From positions 139,562,001 to 139,626,000 of the forward strand of contig NC_043000.1 of assembly GCF_006345805.1 (NCBI RefSeq): DNA of 64,000 nucleotides. Direction: 5' to 3'. The notes below the pieces were generated by a model that saw only the letters and a program-made list of their open reading frames with translations, had not been told where the DNA came from and searched no databases. Positions within the stretch are counted from its first letter, which is position 1, and every line of letters begins with the position of its first letter. Position numbers and translations under genes: made by a program. This stretch comes from Octopus sinensis (taxonomy: Eukaryota). Shown one piece after another: positions 1 through 12,446 of the stretch.

Positions 1-704
1 CCCATTTTGTATCACATCTAAACTAACTATGACTTAACTTTCCTCTCAAACCATCTCTGCTGAAGGGGTATTATTAATTAATATCCTAGAAACAGCTGTA
101 AGACCTTCTATCTCTAAATGCTCTAATATCTATACAACCTTGGTTTTTATCTTATTACACAAAAATTTCTTATATATATATATATATTTACATATATATG
201 ATGATACTCAGAATTTCACATTCCCATTTGTCGGACTGTTTTGTTAGATTCTTATAAATAGATAAAACTACGTAAAGGGCATGGATACATACGAAGCGAA
301 CCCCACACACATACATAAAACTTCATGGATGACCATAACAATGTCAACAACACAACTAACATGGTCAGCAGCAGCAGTGGTGCCAACAATGGCAATAATA
401 ATAACAACAACAACAACAACAACTACCACAATGGCAACATCATGGACGAACACACATACACAGAGGATCACAGGAACTGTGCCATATATACTTTTCAGGT
501 CTTAGGACATCAGCAGTGTAATGAGGTGAGAGGATGGAGCTGAGGGGAAGGCCACACTGCGGCTAAAAGCTATGACACATACAAGCACGCACACACACAC
601 AAACAAGGACACAAATACATGCAGATACATGGATACACATTTTAGACGAACAGACTGGAGTAAGTGGAGTAAGAACACACGCGAAAACGAAAAGTGTCAT
701 TGAA

Positions 705-920
705 AAGGTCACAGATGTGTGAGAAAAGAATTCTGGACATTGGACATGAATTAAAATAATAAAATAAGAACAGTAATAATTGAGTGGAAGAAGAAAAAAA
801 TATATATATAGTGCATGTGTGTATTTGGCAAAAAAAAAATGACCAATCCCGAAATACAACAATATATGTTTCAACACACGATTTCACATCAGGAATCTTG
901 CAAAACGAATTGATAAACGT
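705..920 (+). repeat. Unclassified dispersed repeat; second copy at about 51415-51600
   Basis: Shared attgaaaaggtc...aaaatgac...caaca...ttcaacacacg...gaatcttgcaaa blocks. Confidence 0.6.
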
Positions 921-2993
921 ATATATATATATATATATACTCTTTATCTTTTATTAAACTTTCAAAACTTTTGATATATATTTAAAATAATATAAATTAA
1001 ATTAATTTTATGTATTGGCTTATGTTTTTCATTGTTTGATCTGCCTAATAGTGGTTTTATCTCTAATTTAATATAATATAATATAATATATTTATACTAT
1101 AAAATTGGATTTAATCCTAAATCTGATTTTTCCCTGTAAGTTTGGATTTATTCCCTAATATTTTATTATATATATATATATATATATGTTCCATTTCATT
1201 TTTACTTACTGTTATACCCACTAGTCTTTGAATTCTTCATGCAGCTCTATTTTTTAGAATAACATTCACTATATGAGCACTGATAATTGATTTTGTTTCA
1301 GCTAGCAGTTTCATATGTAATTTGGAATGTTTCTATATACACACGAGTTACTCTTGTAACATTGTCTAATAATAAAAGTAACATATACATAATCATCTAC
1401 AACGACACACACATACACATAAATACACACACCCATGTTTGTATATGTATATATAAATGTATGTATGTATGTATGTATGTATGTATGTATATGAGTATGT
1501 TTGTGCTGCTGTGTGTATATAATTGATCAAATAAAACCAGAAGAAATGTTTTGGTATTTAACTATATAATTAGTATTAAAAGTCATGATATTTCCTGTTA
1601 TGAATTTATTCACTGAAAGAAGGATTGATAATTTTTTTATTATTCATTTCCGAATCATGCTCAAGTTTCTAAGTTAACAGTATCAGCAAAGCTGGAGTTC
1701 TTTTGTAAATACAACTAACTTTATTTCTCTTGCTTATGTATTTAATTTTAAAAAAAGAGTGGAATATTTATTCAAGTTGTAATTTGTTTTTTTTGCTAGT
1801 TAATGCTTTAAACTTTTTTTATTGTTTTTAATACACTAGTTATAACTATTTGTAGAAATCGCTTAAGAACAAACGTTAACAGTCACAGAAATTTTATTTA
1901 TTCTTATTTCAGTCGAAGAAAAGGCTGCTGCATCAGGAGGTAGGAAATAATTATAGTTGCAATATTTCTTCATGTAAAAATAATATAATTGTGTATAACA
2001 TTTATATTACAATTGTATGCAGAGCATTCACAATTATCAAAAAAGCCAAGTAAGAAAGGAATATGCACAAATATACTTGTAGTAATTTCAAATGAAATGT
2101 TAGATAATTTGCCATCTACTATAATAGCATATCTAGAAAGACATTTAGAAATTGAAATACTTATCAACCCTTGAATGTTGAGTATAATGATTCATGGTAT
2201 TCGTTCCAGCATTCAACATTCTGCGATCAAACTCTACTGAGGTTAACTCATCCTTTAGGGATTGATAAACCAAGTACCAGTCAAAGGTACTGGATAGTGA
2301 TATTGTGAAAGCCTTAAATGATAATTTGTAGAATATATATTCTGTGCTCTGTATATTCTGTGTTCAAATTTTGTACCATCACTGAAAATGGTGCCTCTTC
2401 TATAAGGAATTGTGAATGACATAGTATCAGCAATTTCAAAATACCTATAGCAATATAGGATTCTAGATTTAATAAAAATATTGACTGATACCAAAACCAC
2501 CACTATAAATAATAGTACAATATTTACTGAATGGCAATGGAAATATATTGTGTCCCTAAAGCATTGTGTATTGAATATATATTTATATGTGATATATATA
2601 TTATGACAGTTTTTAAGAAAATAACTGTGTTAGATAACATGGAACCCAAGCAGAACTTCTCATTATGCCTTTTTAATGCCGCTGAAATATCATATATTCA
2701 GAAAGATCTGAATTGTTCCTTCTAAATATGTTGTAGAATTCAAGGTGACATAAGCACTATTTTCATGGTTTCTAAGAAAGTGTCATGAATTTAAATTGAC
2801 AGATGCACTACTGTCATGGCGATAAACAAAACATTTCTTAAGGTTTATTTTGTTTTTTTACTATGCATAAATATGTTATTGACTAGATGTTATGGAATAC
2901 ATTCAAATTAGTACATCTGTACAAGTTACATATTTAAATATATATACATGCTGAATAAGAAATGTATAACATCTGCTGAATTCTTCAAAATTC

Positions 2994-3408
2994 ACTCTTT
3001 TACTCTTTTACTCTTTTACTTGTTTCAGTCATTTGACTGCGGCCATGCTGGAGCACCACCTTTAGTCGAGCAAATTGACCCCGGGACTTATTCTTTGTAA
3101 GCCTAGTACTTATTCTATTGGTCACTTTTTGCCGAACCGCTAAATGACGGGGACATAAACACACCAGCATTGGTTGTCAAGCAATGCTAGGGGGACAAAC
3201 ACAGACACACAAACATACACACATATATATATATATATACATATATACGACAGGCTTCATTCAGTTTCCATCTACCAAATCCACTCACAAGGCTTTGGTT
3301 GGCCCGAGGCTATAGTAGAAGACACTTGCCCAAGATGCCACGCAGTGGGATTGAACCCGGAACCATGTGGCTGGTAAGCATGCTACTTACCACACAGCCA
3401 CTCCTGCA
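2994..3408 (-). mobile_element. tRNA-derived OR1-like SINE (family A)
   Basis: Head GGAGTGGCTGTGTGGTAAG with A/B boxes, CCTTGGGCAAGTG core-like body, internal (TA)/(TG) tract, (AAAGAGT)n tail. Confidence 0.9.
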
Positions 3409-4301
3409 CCTGTAGAAATCTAATATTAATTTAATCCTTAATATAATCAGTTTTATCTTTTAATTTACAAAAGTGCTTTGTTCTTATTAAAAGAAATATT
3501 GCTGACTCAAAGCTGACCTGGTACAAAACAGCAACAACAAAATAACTGGGATTATATCTTAATCATGCATATAGTCTCAGAATTTCCTGCTGAAGAACAA
3601 TCCCAGATTCCTGAAGTCACTGTTAAGTTATCTGGCTGCTCTTCAAACAGAAGTTTTCTAGTAGATCAAAGCATATATGAAAGCATTTAAGACCATCTGT
3701 CTGTACAGCAATACAAAAATAAACTCTCTTCAACCACTGGTTCACACTCTTACAATATCTTTTCTCTTTAAATCTTCTCTTGGTAGGTCAATGACATTTC
3801 CACTTCATAAATAACAAGTGCTAATCCCAATTCCACTTTACCCAACTAATTCCTCCAACTTTGTTCTTCTCTTCATTCCTTTTGTGTTTTATTCTACCAC
3901 AAGCTACACTAAAATTGACATACTTTCCTCGAGAATTGCATTAGACTGCACCAAATTGATCCTCATCTAGCATAACTCTGAACTAAAGTATCCTTGCCAT
4001 GTGCATTCACTATATCAAGAATTAAGTTATCCAATGGGTCCTTAGATTTTTAAAGATGATAGGGTGAGAGTTGTGAAACATTTGACAGCTATTTCTAGTT
4101 GGTCAGGTGTGAAGCTTCCTTCTTGAATCATCAGATCATGCCATTTCTACAAATATCAATCTAAACAAATTTTAGATAAAAAAAATTAAGGACATTGAAC
4201 TCGGTAGCTTAGAAGTACCTAAAAATATCATGGAAACTGCATCTTATTCCAGGTTTGTTCAACCTTTTTAATTTTCATTAAGATTTTGTATTCATACTGC
4301 A

Positions 4302-4726
4302 GGTGCAGGAGTGGCTGTGTGGTAAGTAACTTGCTTACCAACCACATGGTTCTGGGTTCATTCCCACTTGGGCCAGTGTCTTCTACTATAGCCTCGGGCC
4401 GACCAAAGCCTTGTGAGTGGATTTGGTAGGCGGAAACTGAAAGAAGCCTGTCGTATATATGTATATATAAATACATATATATATATATATGTGTGTGTGT
4501 ATATGTTTGTATGTCTGTGTTTGTCCCCCCCCCCAACATCGCTTGGCAACTGATGCTGGTGTGTTTACGTCCCCATAACTTAGCGGTTCGACAAAAGAAA
4601 CCGATAGAATAAGTACTAGGCTTCCAAAGAATAAGTCCTGGGGTCGTTTGCTCGACTAAAGGTGGTGCTCCAGCATGGCCACAGTCAAATGACTGAAAAA
4701 AATAAAAGAGAAAAGGGAAAAAGAGA
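4302..4726 (+). mobile_element. SINE family A
   Basis: Full head-body-tail match to the other copies. Confidence 0.9.
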
Positions 4727-4906
4727 AAATACCTATGACTATAGTTTTTAAATATAATCTTACATTAAATAATACTGCCTCCAGGCATTTTTCATCTGTA
4801 TTTCTACAATATTCTTTCTCAAGTAGTTCTTCAGAACTCAAATAATTTAATGCCAGATTTTGCTATCTGTTCTTCGTATTGCTTAGGGTTTTCAACCTGC
4901 ACTTCT

Positions 4907-4958
4907 TCATAGTTTTTGGATTGATTTTTGGAGTGTTTTGAATATTCTGGGTCTTTTG
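4907..4958 (-). CDS. Candidate terminal coding exon (NKRPRIFKTLQKSIQKL*)
   Basis: Acceptor ttcttaacaatcaattttgtaccAG; phase 2 continues the reading from 10654-10734 to TGA at 4907-4909. Confidence 0.35.
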
Positions 4959-5479
4959 CTGGTACAAAATTGATTGTTAAGAACCCTCATATGAACATAT
5001 GCTTGTATATGAGCATATTGCTTGTACAGTATATATATCATATCTCCATAAGAGCTGATATATAATGTAAGTAGCTTCAATGCTGCTGATATCTGAAAAT
5101 TTGGTGAAGTACTTTATAATTTTACTACCAATAAAATATAATAAAAGAAGCGAAAATACTTATCTTTTGTTTCATTTATCCAGTTTGTGCTGTTCAATTC
5201 CTCTACCACCCTCTCTCTCTCTCTCTCCCACTCACATGCACACAAAATAACCCACACACATATGGTTAGGCATGTTTGATAACTTCATTCATTTATGAAG
5301 CTGACGTCACTGCAATTCTCCAAAATAGTCTAATTTAAAAGAAAAATTACATAGGTTTATTTGCAGGAAATTGTAAAAGACGATAGGCAAACCATCAGTC
5401 TTCTTTCTGACATATCAACAAATTAAAGCTACTAATAAATTAGTTAGTCATGTATGAGATCAGAAGACCAGCCACACAT

Positions 5480-5685
5480 CAAATACAATAAAGTGGAGCA
5501 TCGTGTAAAAATTCTGTCATGTGTAAATGAATGAAAGAGATGCAAACTATGTGTAGCCGAAAGATATAATATTTAGATCCATATAATATTTAGATCCAAG
5601 TATTCCACCACTTTATTTAATTTGAGATATGGAATTTTTAGCTAATGCAAGCTCATTGACAACTTTATTTTGTCAAACTGAAGGA
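5480..5685 (+). mobile_element. Degenerate Penelope-like element C-terminal fragment
   Basis: KRCKLCVAERYNI then LFNLRYGIFS*CKLIDNFILSN resembles the PLE RCxLCxxEK...LNxRxE...F.LSN end; contains a 17-bp tandem duplication (tataatatttagatcca x2). Confidence 0.4.
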
Positions 5686-5764
5686 CACCCTGCTCTCTGG
5701 ATTGAGCTGCTATCTCACAGATTTTGTCCTCCTCTTCGTTGAATTATTCTATATCAAATTACCG

Positions 5765-5975
5765 CCTGACTGGCCCTAATGCCGGTGGCATGTAAAAGCA
5801 CCCATTACACTCTCGGAGTGATTAGCATTAGGAAGGGCATCCAGCTGTAGAAACTCTGCCAGATCAAGATTGGAGCCTGGTGCAGCCATCTAGTTCGCCA
5901 GTCCTCAGTCAAATCGTCCAACCCATGCTAGCATGGGAAGTGGACGTTAAACGATAATGATGATGATGATGATGA
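5765..5975 (+). mobile_element. RTE-type 3' tail retroposon (family B)
   Basis: gccggtggcatgtaaaagcaccc...aggaagggcatccagctgtagaaac...aacccatgctagcatgg...(GAT)n; same tail ends the RTE at 47928-48835. Confidence 0.8.
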
Positions 5976-6253
5976 TTAATTATGATATTAATGGAGAAAG
6001 GGGATGCAACACTCTGTTTTCTTTTCTTTCTTTTTCCATTATTATTCACCTATTCTCATTCCACTTTTTGCATCAATCCTCCTTGTTTTATTCTCATGTT
6101 TTTCAGCATCCTGCTTTTCAATTAAAACCAACCATGTCCATTCAGTTTAAAGGATTTCCTGGAGACACAAGGCATGTTATATAAACCTACAGAATTATTG
6201 TGTTTCCATGACATGAAATTATTAGTAGTTCATATTTTTATACTGTATACACA

Positions 6254-6297
<44 letters not shown>

Positions 6298-6309
6298 CCA
6301 CACGCATAT

Positions 6310-6820
6310 ACATATATCTTTGAACATCTTGGCCCCCAGCCATGCCTTGATCCTTGATGTTACAGGCAGTGTGCTTGGTGTCTTTCTCAACCACAGCCTA
6401 CACATAATCTTTGGGATTACAATTTGGAGAATTAGGAAGCCAGAAATTAGGACTGGTGAAATCTTTAAAAATTCTCTGATAACCACTTCTGATCATTTCT
6501 GAAGGTATGGCAAAGAGCAAAATCCTGTTTACACACATATGGCCTTCTAACAGTCACCATTGCCGCCCAAGTATTGACCACAGGCTCCAGCAGCTTCACA
6601 TAGATTTCTTAAATGAGACTAAGAGCACTCAAAGATGTGTGGCAGCATGATCTTATCTTCATTGAAGATACACCCATAGACCAACACTGTCTGAGGGAAC
6701 AGGATCTTCATGATGTCCATGTCATATCATCCAGCCTTCACATGTTCATGGGGCATAGTACTGCAGTCAGGATGTCAGCATTTTGAAACCTGCCTGGAAT
6801 CATCATGATAGAGATAACTC
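6310..6820 (-). mobile_element. Tc1/mariner (maT/DD37D-like) transposase catalytic-domain fragment
   Basis: Minus reading includes RPYV..QD, KWLSENF, DFTSPNFWLPNSPNCNPKDY, AVVEKDT. Confidence 0.75.
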
Positions 6821-7377
6821 TTTTCCAATAGTTAGATGGCTTCCAATCATTTATGTCAGCTAACTTTTTTCTTAACTACAATTTTAATCTTTCTGCTCTC
6901 CAAAGCCATTGACTGATCAGTAATACATCATATCGTTCCTGGGAAAAGGAGACATAAAAATCGTCAAATTAAGCACGAATACCCTCTGGATATGTGTGTG
7001 TAACTGTGTATGTGAGTGTGTGTACGTGTGTGTCTGTGTGCGTGTTTTTTTACTTAATATAATATAGTACTTTACGAAAGAAATAATAGCTTTATACACA
7101 TCTTTATATTTTTTTCTTATTGCTGTCACTCACAATCTTCATAATATCTCAGTTATATGATGCAAAATTTTCATTTCTTCCATAACTGTTTGGCAGTATA
7201 ATATAATAGAGGTTATATTGTGTGAAGTATATCTTAACCTTTTCACTATTACTTTATAATTTGCAAAGTTTTTATATATTACATTGTATAGTACAATTCC
7301 GTTTGACCCTTAACTTCGCAGGAAAACACTGGGTTCCCCATTGTATCCATGTGTGTGTGCATGATACATGTATGTAA

Positions 7378-7423
<46 letters not shown>

Positions 7424-7646
7424 TATATAATATATATATATATATGTAGAGAGAGAGAGAAAAATTTAAATATACTATAATAATATTATTCAAGAAATCA
7501 ATAAATTAAATAAACATTAAATTGTCTACGCACGTTTCGTGATTATATCTTTAAATTAATAATAATAAAATCGATACTATTAAAATTAATTCAATTAATG
7601 TATGTATGTATGCATGTATTTATCTATATATCCATGTTTTTTATAC

Positions 7647-7679
<33 letters not shown>

Positions 7680-7692
7680 TAAATTTTATATA

Positions 7693-7899
7693 CAGTCATC
7701 CCTAGTCACCTATCGTGGTTTAATATTTAAGATTATGTTGATTCCTCTGTGGTATTGCTTTGCATTATGACAAAATAAATAGATACAAATTATAAAAATA
7801 ATTAGAAAATATAGTGCAATACTGTTTCTACATCGTGGATTTTCACCTGTCCCGGGAAGTTTTGAAACGTAACACTCGCAATAGTTGAGGGCTTAGTGT
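7693..7899. mobile_element. Degenerate pogo/Tigger-like MITE
   Basis: TA|CAGTCATCCCT left end; decayed right end gcaatagttgaggg. Confidence 0.35.
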
Positions 7900-7959
7900 T
7901 TATATACTTACACGTATATATGTGTAAGTATATAAATGTGTAAGTTTGTGCGTATGTGT

Positions 7960-8245
7960 GTGCATGTGTGTACGTAGAAGGTTGAAAAGGAACACATGAG
8001 TTGATATGTATAAGGAAAATAAGACAAGGTAGAAAATGCTACAATAATTTTATCATGAATAACATTTTAGTACCGGTTTCAGACTTTGTGACTTTTTCAA
8101 ATTAGAGTAAAGCATGTAAAAAAATTAAATTGTGGAAAAATTAATTAAAAATTTTTTTTTAATATTTCCATAGTCATCAAATGCAAGGGCAATTTCCTTT
8201 TTCCTGTCTGTCTTTGTCTCTCTTTTTTACTCATGTAAGTTCTTG

Positions 8246-8306
<61 letters not shown>

Positions 8307-9110
8307 AAGTAGTAGTAGTAGTCCTAATATTTGATATGAATTTTTGGTTTTGATTGTTTAAGTATTAGTAGTAGTTGAGAAAGGAGGTGGTGGTGAAGAA
8401 AAAGAAGAAGAAGAAAATGCAGGAATGGTATGACAGTAGTAGGATGTTGGTGGAATCCTCTAAAATGGTCAAGTAACCTAAAAGTGACCGATTGTGGTTG
8501 TAATAGTAGTGATTGGAATTGTTCTGAATAAACTCATGGGTAGTGACTGTTCTGAATATATTATTTTTGATATTTGCATGGGTATTATTCTAAGGCAATT
8601 GTAATAGTGTCATTTGTGGTGGATGCATTCAAAAGGGGTTTATATTTTGTGTTAAAGTATGACTCTTTACTAATGTACTGATTACAGGTTGCACCATTCC
8701 TGAATTTGTAGACGGGAATAATTCTGAAACTGGGTTGTTTGTTAATGGTGCAAATGTTGATGTGTTCGCTGAATGCTATTTTTCTGTATTCCCGAATTTT
8801 GATCTGGGATCTATGTAGAGCCATCCTTTCACATAGACTGTTTTTGGTTTGGCCTATATATTGCTCTCGACACCCAGAATAAGCTAATACATATATTAGA
8901 TTCTCCGAAGCCCATGTGATATTGCTTTTTGCTGTAAAACATTTATCCTTTTTGAAAGAGAACTCCGATCACTCAGTTAAGTTGATACATATACCACAGA
9001 TAGGTTTTCTGCATTTTTTTTTTACTGACGTACCTGAACTTGTGTTAGGAGACTTTTAGTAGATTTGGGTTGTCGTTTGCCCTTTATGATGGTGTGCATT
9101 TGGGGGATTA
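7960..9110 (-). mobile_element. Penelope-like element (Neptune-type) GIY-YIG endonuclease fragment with downstream non-coding region
   Basis: Frame 9013 to 8585 with one stop: CRKPICGIC linker, NLIYVL...EQYIGQT...LCERMALH...KESYFNTKYKPLLN. Extent of the non-coding part is approximate. Confidence 0.85.
8245..8322. repeat. (TAG)n microsatellite
   Basis: Near-perfect gta/tag array. Confidence 0.95.
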
Positions 9111-9154
9111 AATAAATGACACCGTCCAAAGAATGGATACATTTGCTAGTGTAC

Positions 9155-9187
<33 letters not shown>

Positions 9188-9393
9188 ATATATACAAATG
9201 CCATGCAAATTCACCCAGTGCACCCTGTAATGTCGGTGGTGTTAGGGAGGGCATCAAGCTATAGAAACTATGTCAAAATAGATAGTACTTGGTGCGATTT
9301 TCTTATGTACCAGATACTGTCAAACAATCCAACCCATGTTAGCATAGAAAACAGATTTTTAATGACTGTGATGATTTTATACACACACACACA

Positions 9394-9630
9394 CATCATC
9401 ATCATCATCATTTAGCATCTGCTTTCCATGCTGGTATGGGTTAGACTGCTTGACTGAAACTGGTAAGGTGGAGAGCTGCACCAGGTTCCAGTTTGATTTA
9501 ACATGGTTTCTGCAGCTGGATGCCCTTCTTAACACCAACCACTCCAACAGTATTATGGGTGCTTTTGACGTGCCACTGGCAAGGGTGTCAGTCAGATGAC
9601 ACCAGCATCAGCCACAACTATGCTTTCAAT
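9394..9630 (-). mobile_element. RTE-type 3' tail (family B)
   Basis: Reverse-complement match with (CAT)n end. Confidence 0.75.
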
Positions 9631-9852
9631 TGGCTTGACAAGTCTACTCAAGCATGGCCCTTGGCTCAAGAAATATTATACCAATCATCTGTTGGGTTTG
9701 GTGCAGCGAACTAAAGTGCTTAAAGGCTTTGCTCTATTAAAGTCACAATTCAGTGCCAGAGACCAATAAATGAATAAAAGTGTATTAAAAATGTGCGGTT
9801 CAGTAGTGGTATTTCATCAATATACCACTACTAGTAGTGGTAATTTCATCAA

Positions 9853-10090
9853 AAGGTGGCGAGCTAGCAGAAACGTTAGCATGCCAGGTGAAATGCTTAG
9901 CCTTATTTTGTCTGCCATTACGTTCTGAGTTCAAATTCCGCCGAGGTCAACTTTGCCTTTCATACTTTTGGGGTCGATAAATTAAGTACCAGCAACGCAC
10001 GGGGGACGATGTAATCGATTTAATCCGTTTGTCTGTCCTTGTTTGTCTTCTCTGTGTTTAGCCCCTTGTGGGTAGTAAAGAAGTAGGTAT
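9853..10090 (+). mobile_element. tRNA-derived SINE family C
   Basis: GGTGGCGAGCTAGCAGAA head, gagttcaaattcc B-box, ggggtcgataaattaagtaccag body. Confidence 0.85.
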
Positions 10091-10653
10091 TTCATCAATA
10101 TATTTATCTACACCCTTCTATCTATTTCTATGTGTTTGATTGCATGTTTATGCAATAACAGAAAATAAAGCTTGGCATGACTCTCCATATTGCCGGCCTT
10201 TGTCAAACTCTCCGGCCCATGCCAGCACGGAAGGTGCACATTAAAGGACGATGATGATGATGATGATGTATGTTGTTATGCTATACTTCTCAATACTAAC
10301 CACTTACAAAAGTTTTCATTTATTATTGACCAATTTAATTCCCGTCCTCAGTCTCGCGTCCACTGCTGCCTCCCACTAAAAGATATATTATTTTGTCTTC
10401 CATCTCTCAAGAAATATTAAAGTAATTATAGATATACCTCGTTGCTTGTGCCTTTGTCTATCTACAATATCAATCTCCTGTATGACTTCATCTTGAATAT
10501 TGAGAATCTATTTTAACTTTTATTAGCTTTATTACGTTTATATTTGTTTCGATATTTCTTGCCAAATCTTTGTTATTACATGTTCTCTTTGCCATTTCGT
10601 TATTTTTTTTTAACCTACATCTCTTGCTACTTAGCTTTCAGAATGTTTCTCAC

Positions 10654-10734
10654 TTCACTAATACCAATCTATCGGGGTCATTAAGTGCATGAATTTCCTG
10701 TGTCAGATTTAATTCTCTGGCAATCAATATGAAT
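10654..10734 (-). CDS. Candidate internal coding exon of unidentified host gene (FILIARELNLTQEIHALNDPDRLVLV)
   Basis: Very strong acceptor (long T tract then CAG), donor GAA|GTGAGA, 81 nt, only the phase 2-2 frame is open, protein-like composition. Confidence 0.55.
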
Positions 10735-11427
10735 CTGAAAAAAAAAAACAAAACCAAAAAAAGGAACGGGCTTGAAGTAATGTTATTGCTCATGACTCAA
10801 TACAGTATTTAAAAAAATACAAAACTACTTGTGTTTACAAGTGCTGCCAAGATTAAACTCTTCAAATATTCATAGCCTCTGATAATCGGCTACACTGTGA
10901 AAATATCACTCAAAGTTGAAGGATTATTAAGTCAGTTAATTACACCAAAGAATCAAACACATACAAATAAATTACAGTCAAACATGTAAAATAAGAAATT
11001 AAACAAAAACAAAGGAAGTAGCTGTGAAGATAAAAAAAAAAAATTATCCAAATTTAGATCAACAAATGAAAAAAACAATAATAACAAAAACAACAGCAAC
11101 TATAAAAATAACAGTGCTATATTTTTTTTTAACCAACTTAGTACATTAGTATCACTGCAAGTAAATGTAAAAAGTATAACAATCACATTAAGATAAATTT
11201 TATTTATTTATTTTTAGAATGTTTTGCTTTGTTTTGTCATAAACAACAATCGTTTAAATTTATACATCTTCAGTTTTTGTTTTTTTTTCGTTTTAATCTT
11301 TTTACTCATTAAAGCTTGTAAATAACGGTAATAATGATAATGATATTATTGATAATAATATCAACAATATTAATTAAAATAATATATATATATAATAACT
11401 AAAATATATATATATATATATATATAT

Positions 11428-11832
11428 ACTCTTTTTTACTCTTTTACTCTTTTACTTGTTTCAGTCATTTGACTGTGGCCATGCTGGAGCACCGCCTTTA
11501 GTCGAGCAAATCGACCCCGGGACTTATTCTTTGTAAGCCCAGTACTTATTCTATCGGTCTCTTTTTGCCGAACCGCTAAGTTACGGGGACGTAAACACAC
11601 AAGCATCGGTTGTTAAGCAATGCTAGGGGGACAAACACAGACACACAAACACACACACACACATACATATATACATATATACGACAGGCTTCTTTCAGTT
11701 TCTGTTTACCAAATCCACTCACAAGGCATTGGTCGGCCCAGGGCTATAGCAGAAGACACTTGCCCAAGATGCCACGCAGTGGGACTGAACCCGCAACCAT
11801 GCGGTTGGTTAGCAAGCTACTTACCACACTGC

Positions 11833-11835
<3 letters not shown>
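11428..11835 (-). mobile_element. SINE family A
   Basis: Match to family; head end clipped by a microsatellite. Confidence 0.9.
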
Positions 11836-11890
<55 letters not shown>

Positions 11891-12239
11891 GATGATTCCT
11901 GACAGAATAATATTAATATGCAGGCAATATTAATTTCATATATACGCACAAGCTCTCAAACAACTGAGAAGGATATAGACTGTTGCAATCAACCTGTATT
12001 TAACTGTTATTCTATCACCTCCACAAAGATGAAAGGCAATTTTGACCTCTGTGGAATTAAAATTTTGCACATAACACGCCATAACTAAAGGCCACAAGAC
12101 ATTTTTTCTGGCATTCTAGTGACGCAACCAATTCCCTGCCTTCTTAGAGAAGTTGTAAATATTAGAGCATTGAGATGTGTGTGTGTATGTGAATGTTTGT
12201 GAGAGTGTATGCATATATGAATGTATATATATATATTCA

Positions 12240-12309
12240 TACATATACATTGTATATATATATATGTATATATGTATATATATAATATATATATCATATA
12301 ATATATATA

Positions 12310-12351
<42 letters not shown>

Positions 12352-12352
12352 T

Positions 12353-12406
<54 letters not shown>

Positions 12407-12445
12407 GTATATGTATATATATATATATATTATATAATATATATT
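12240..12445. repeat. (TA)n-rich compound microsatellite; similar tracts near 13.9-14.1, 20.3, 21.0, 32.5-32.9, 52.2, 52.8-53.3 and 63.1 kb
   Basis: Direct inspection; source of the YIYI/HTHT pseudo-ORFs. Confidence 0.95.
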
Positions 12446-12446
12446 C

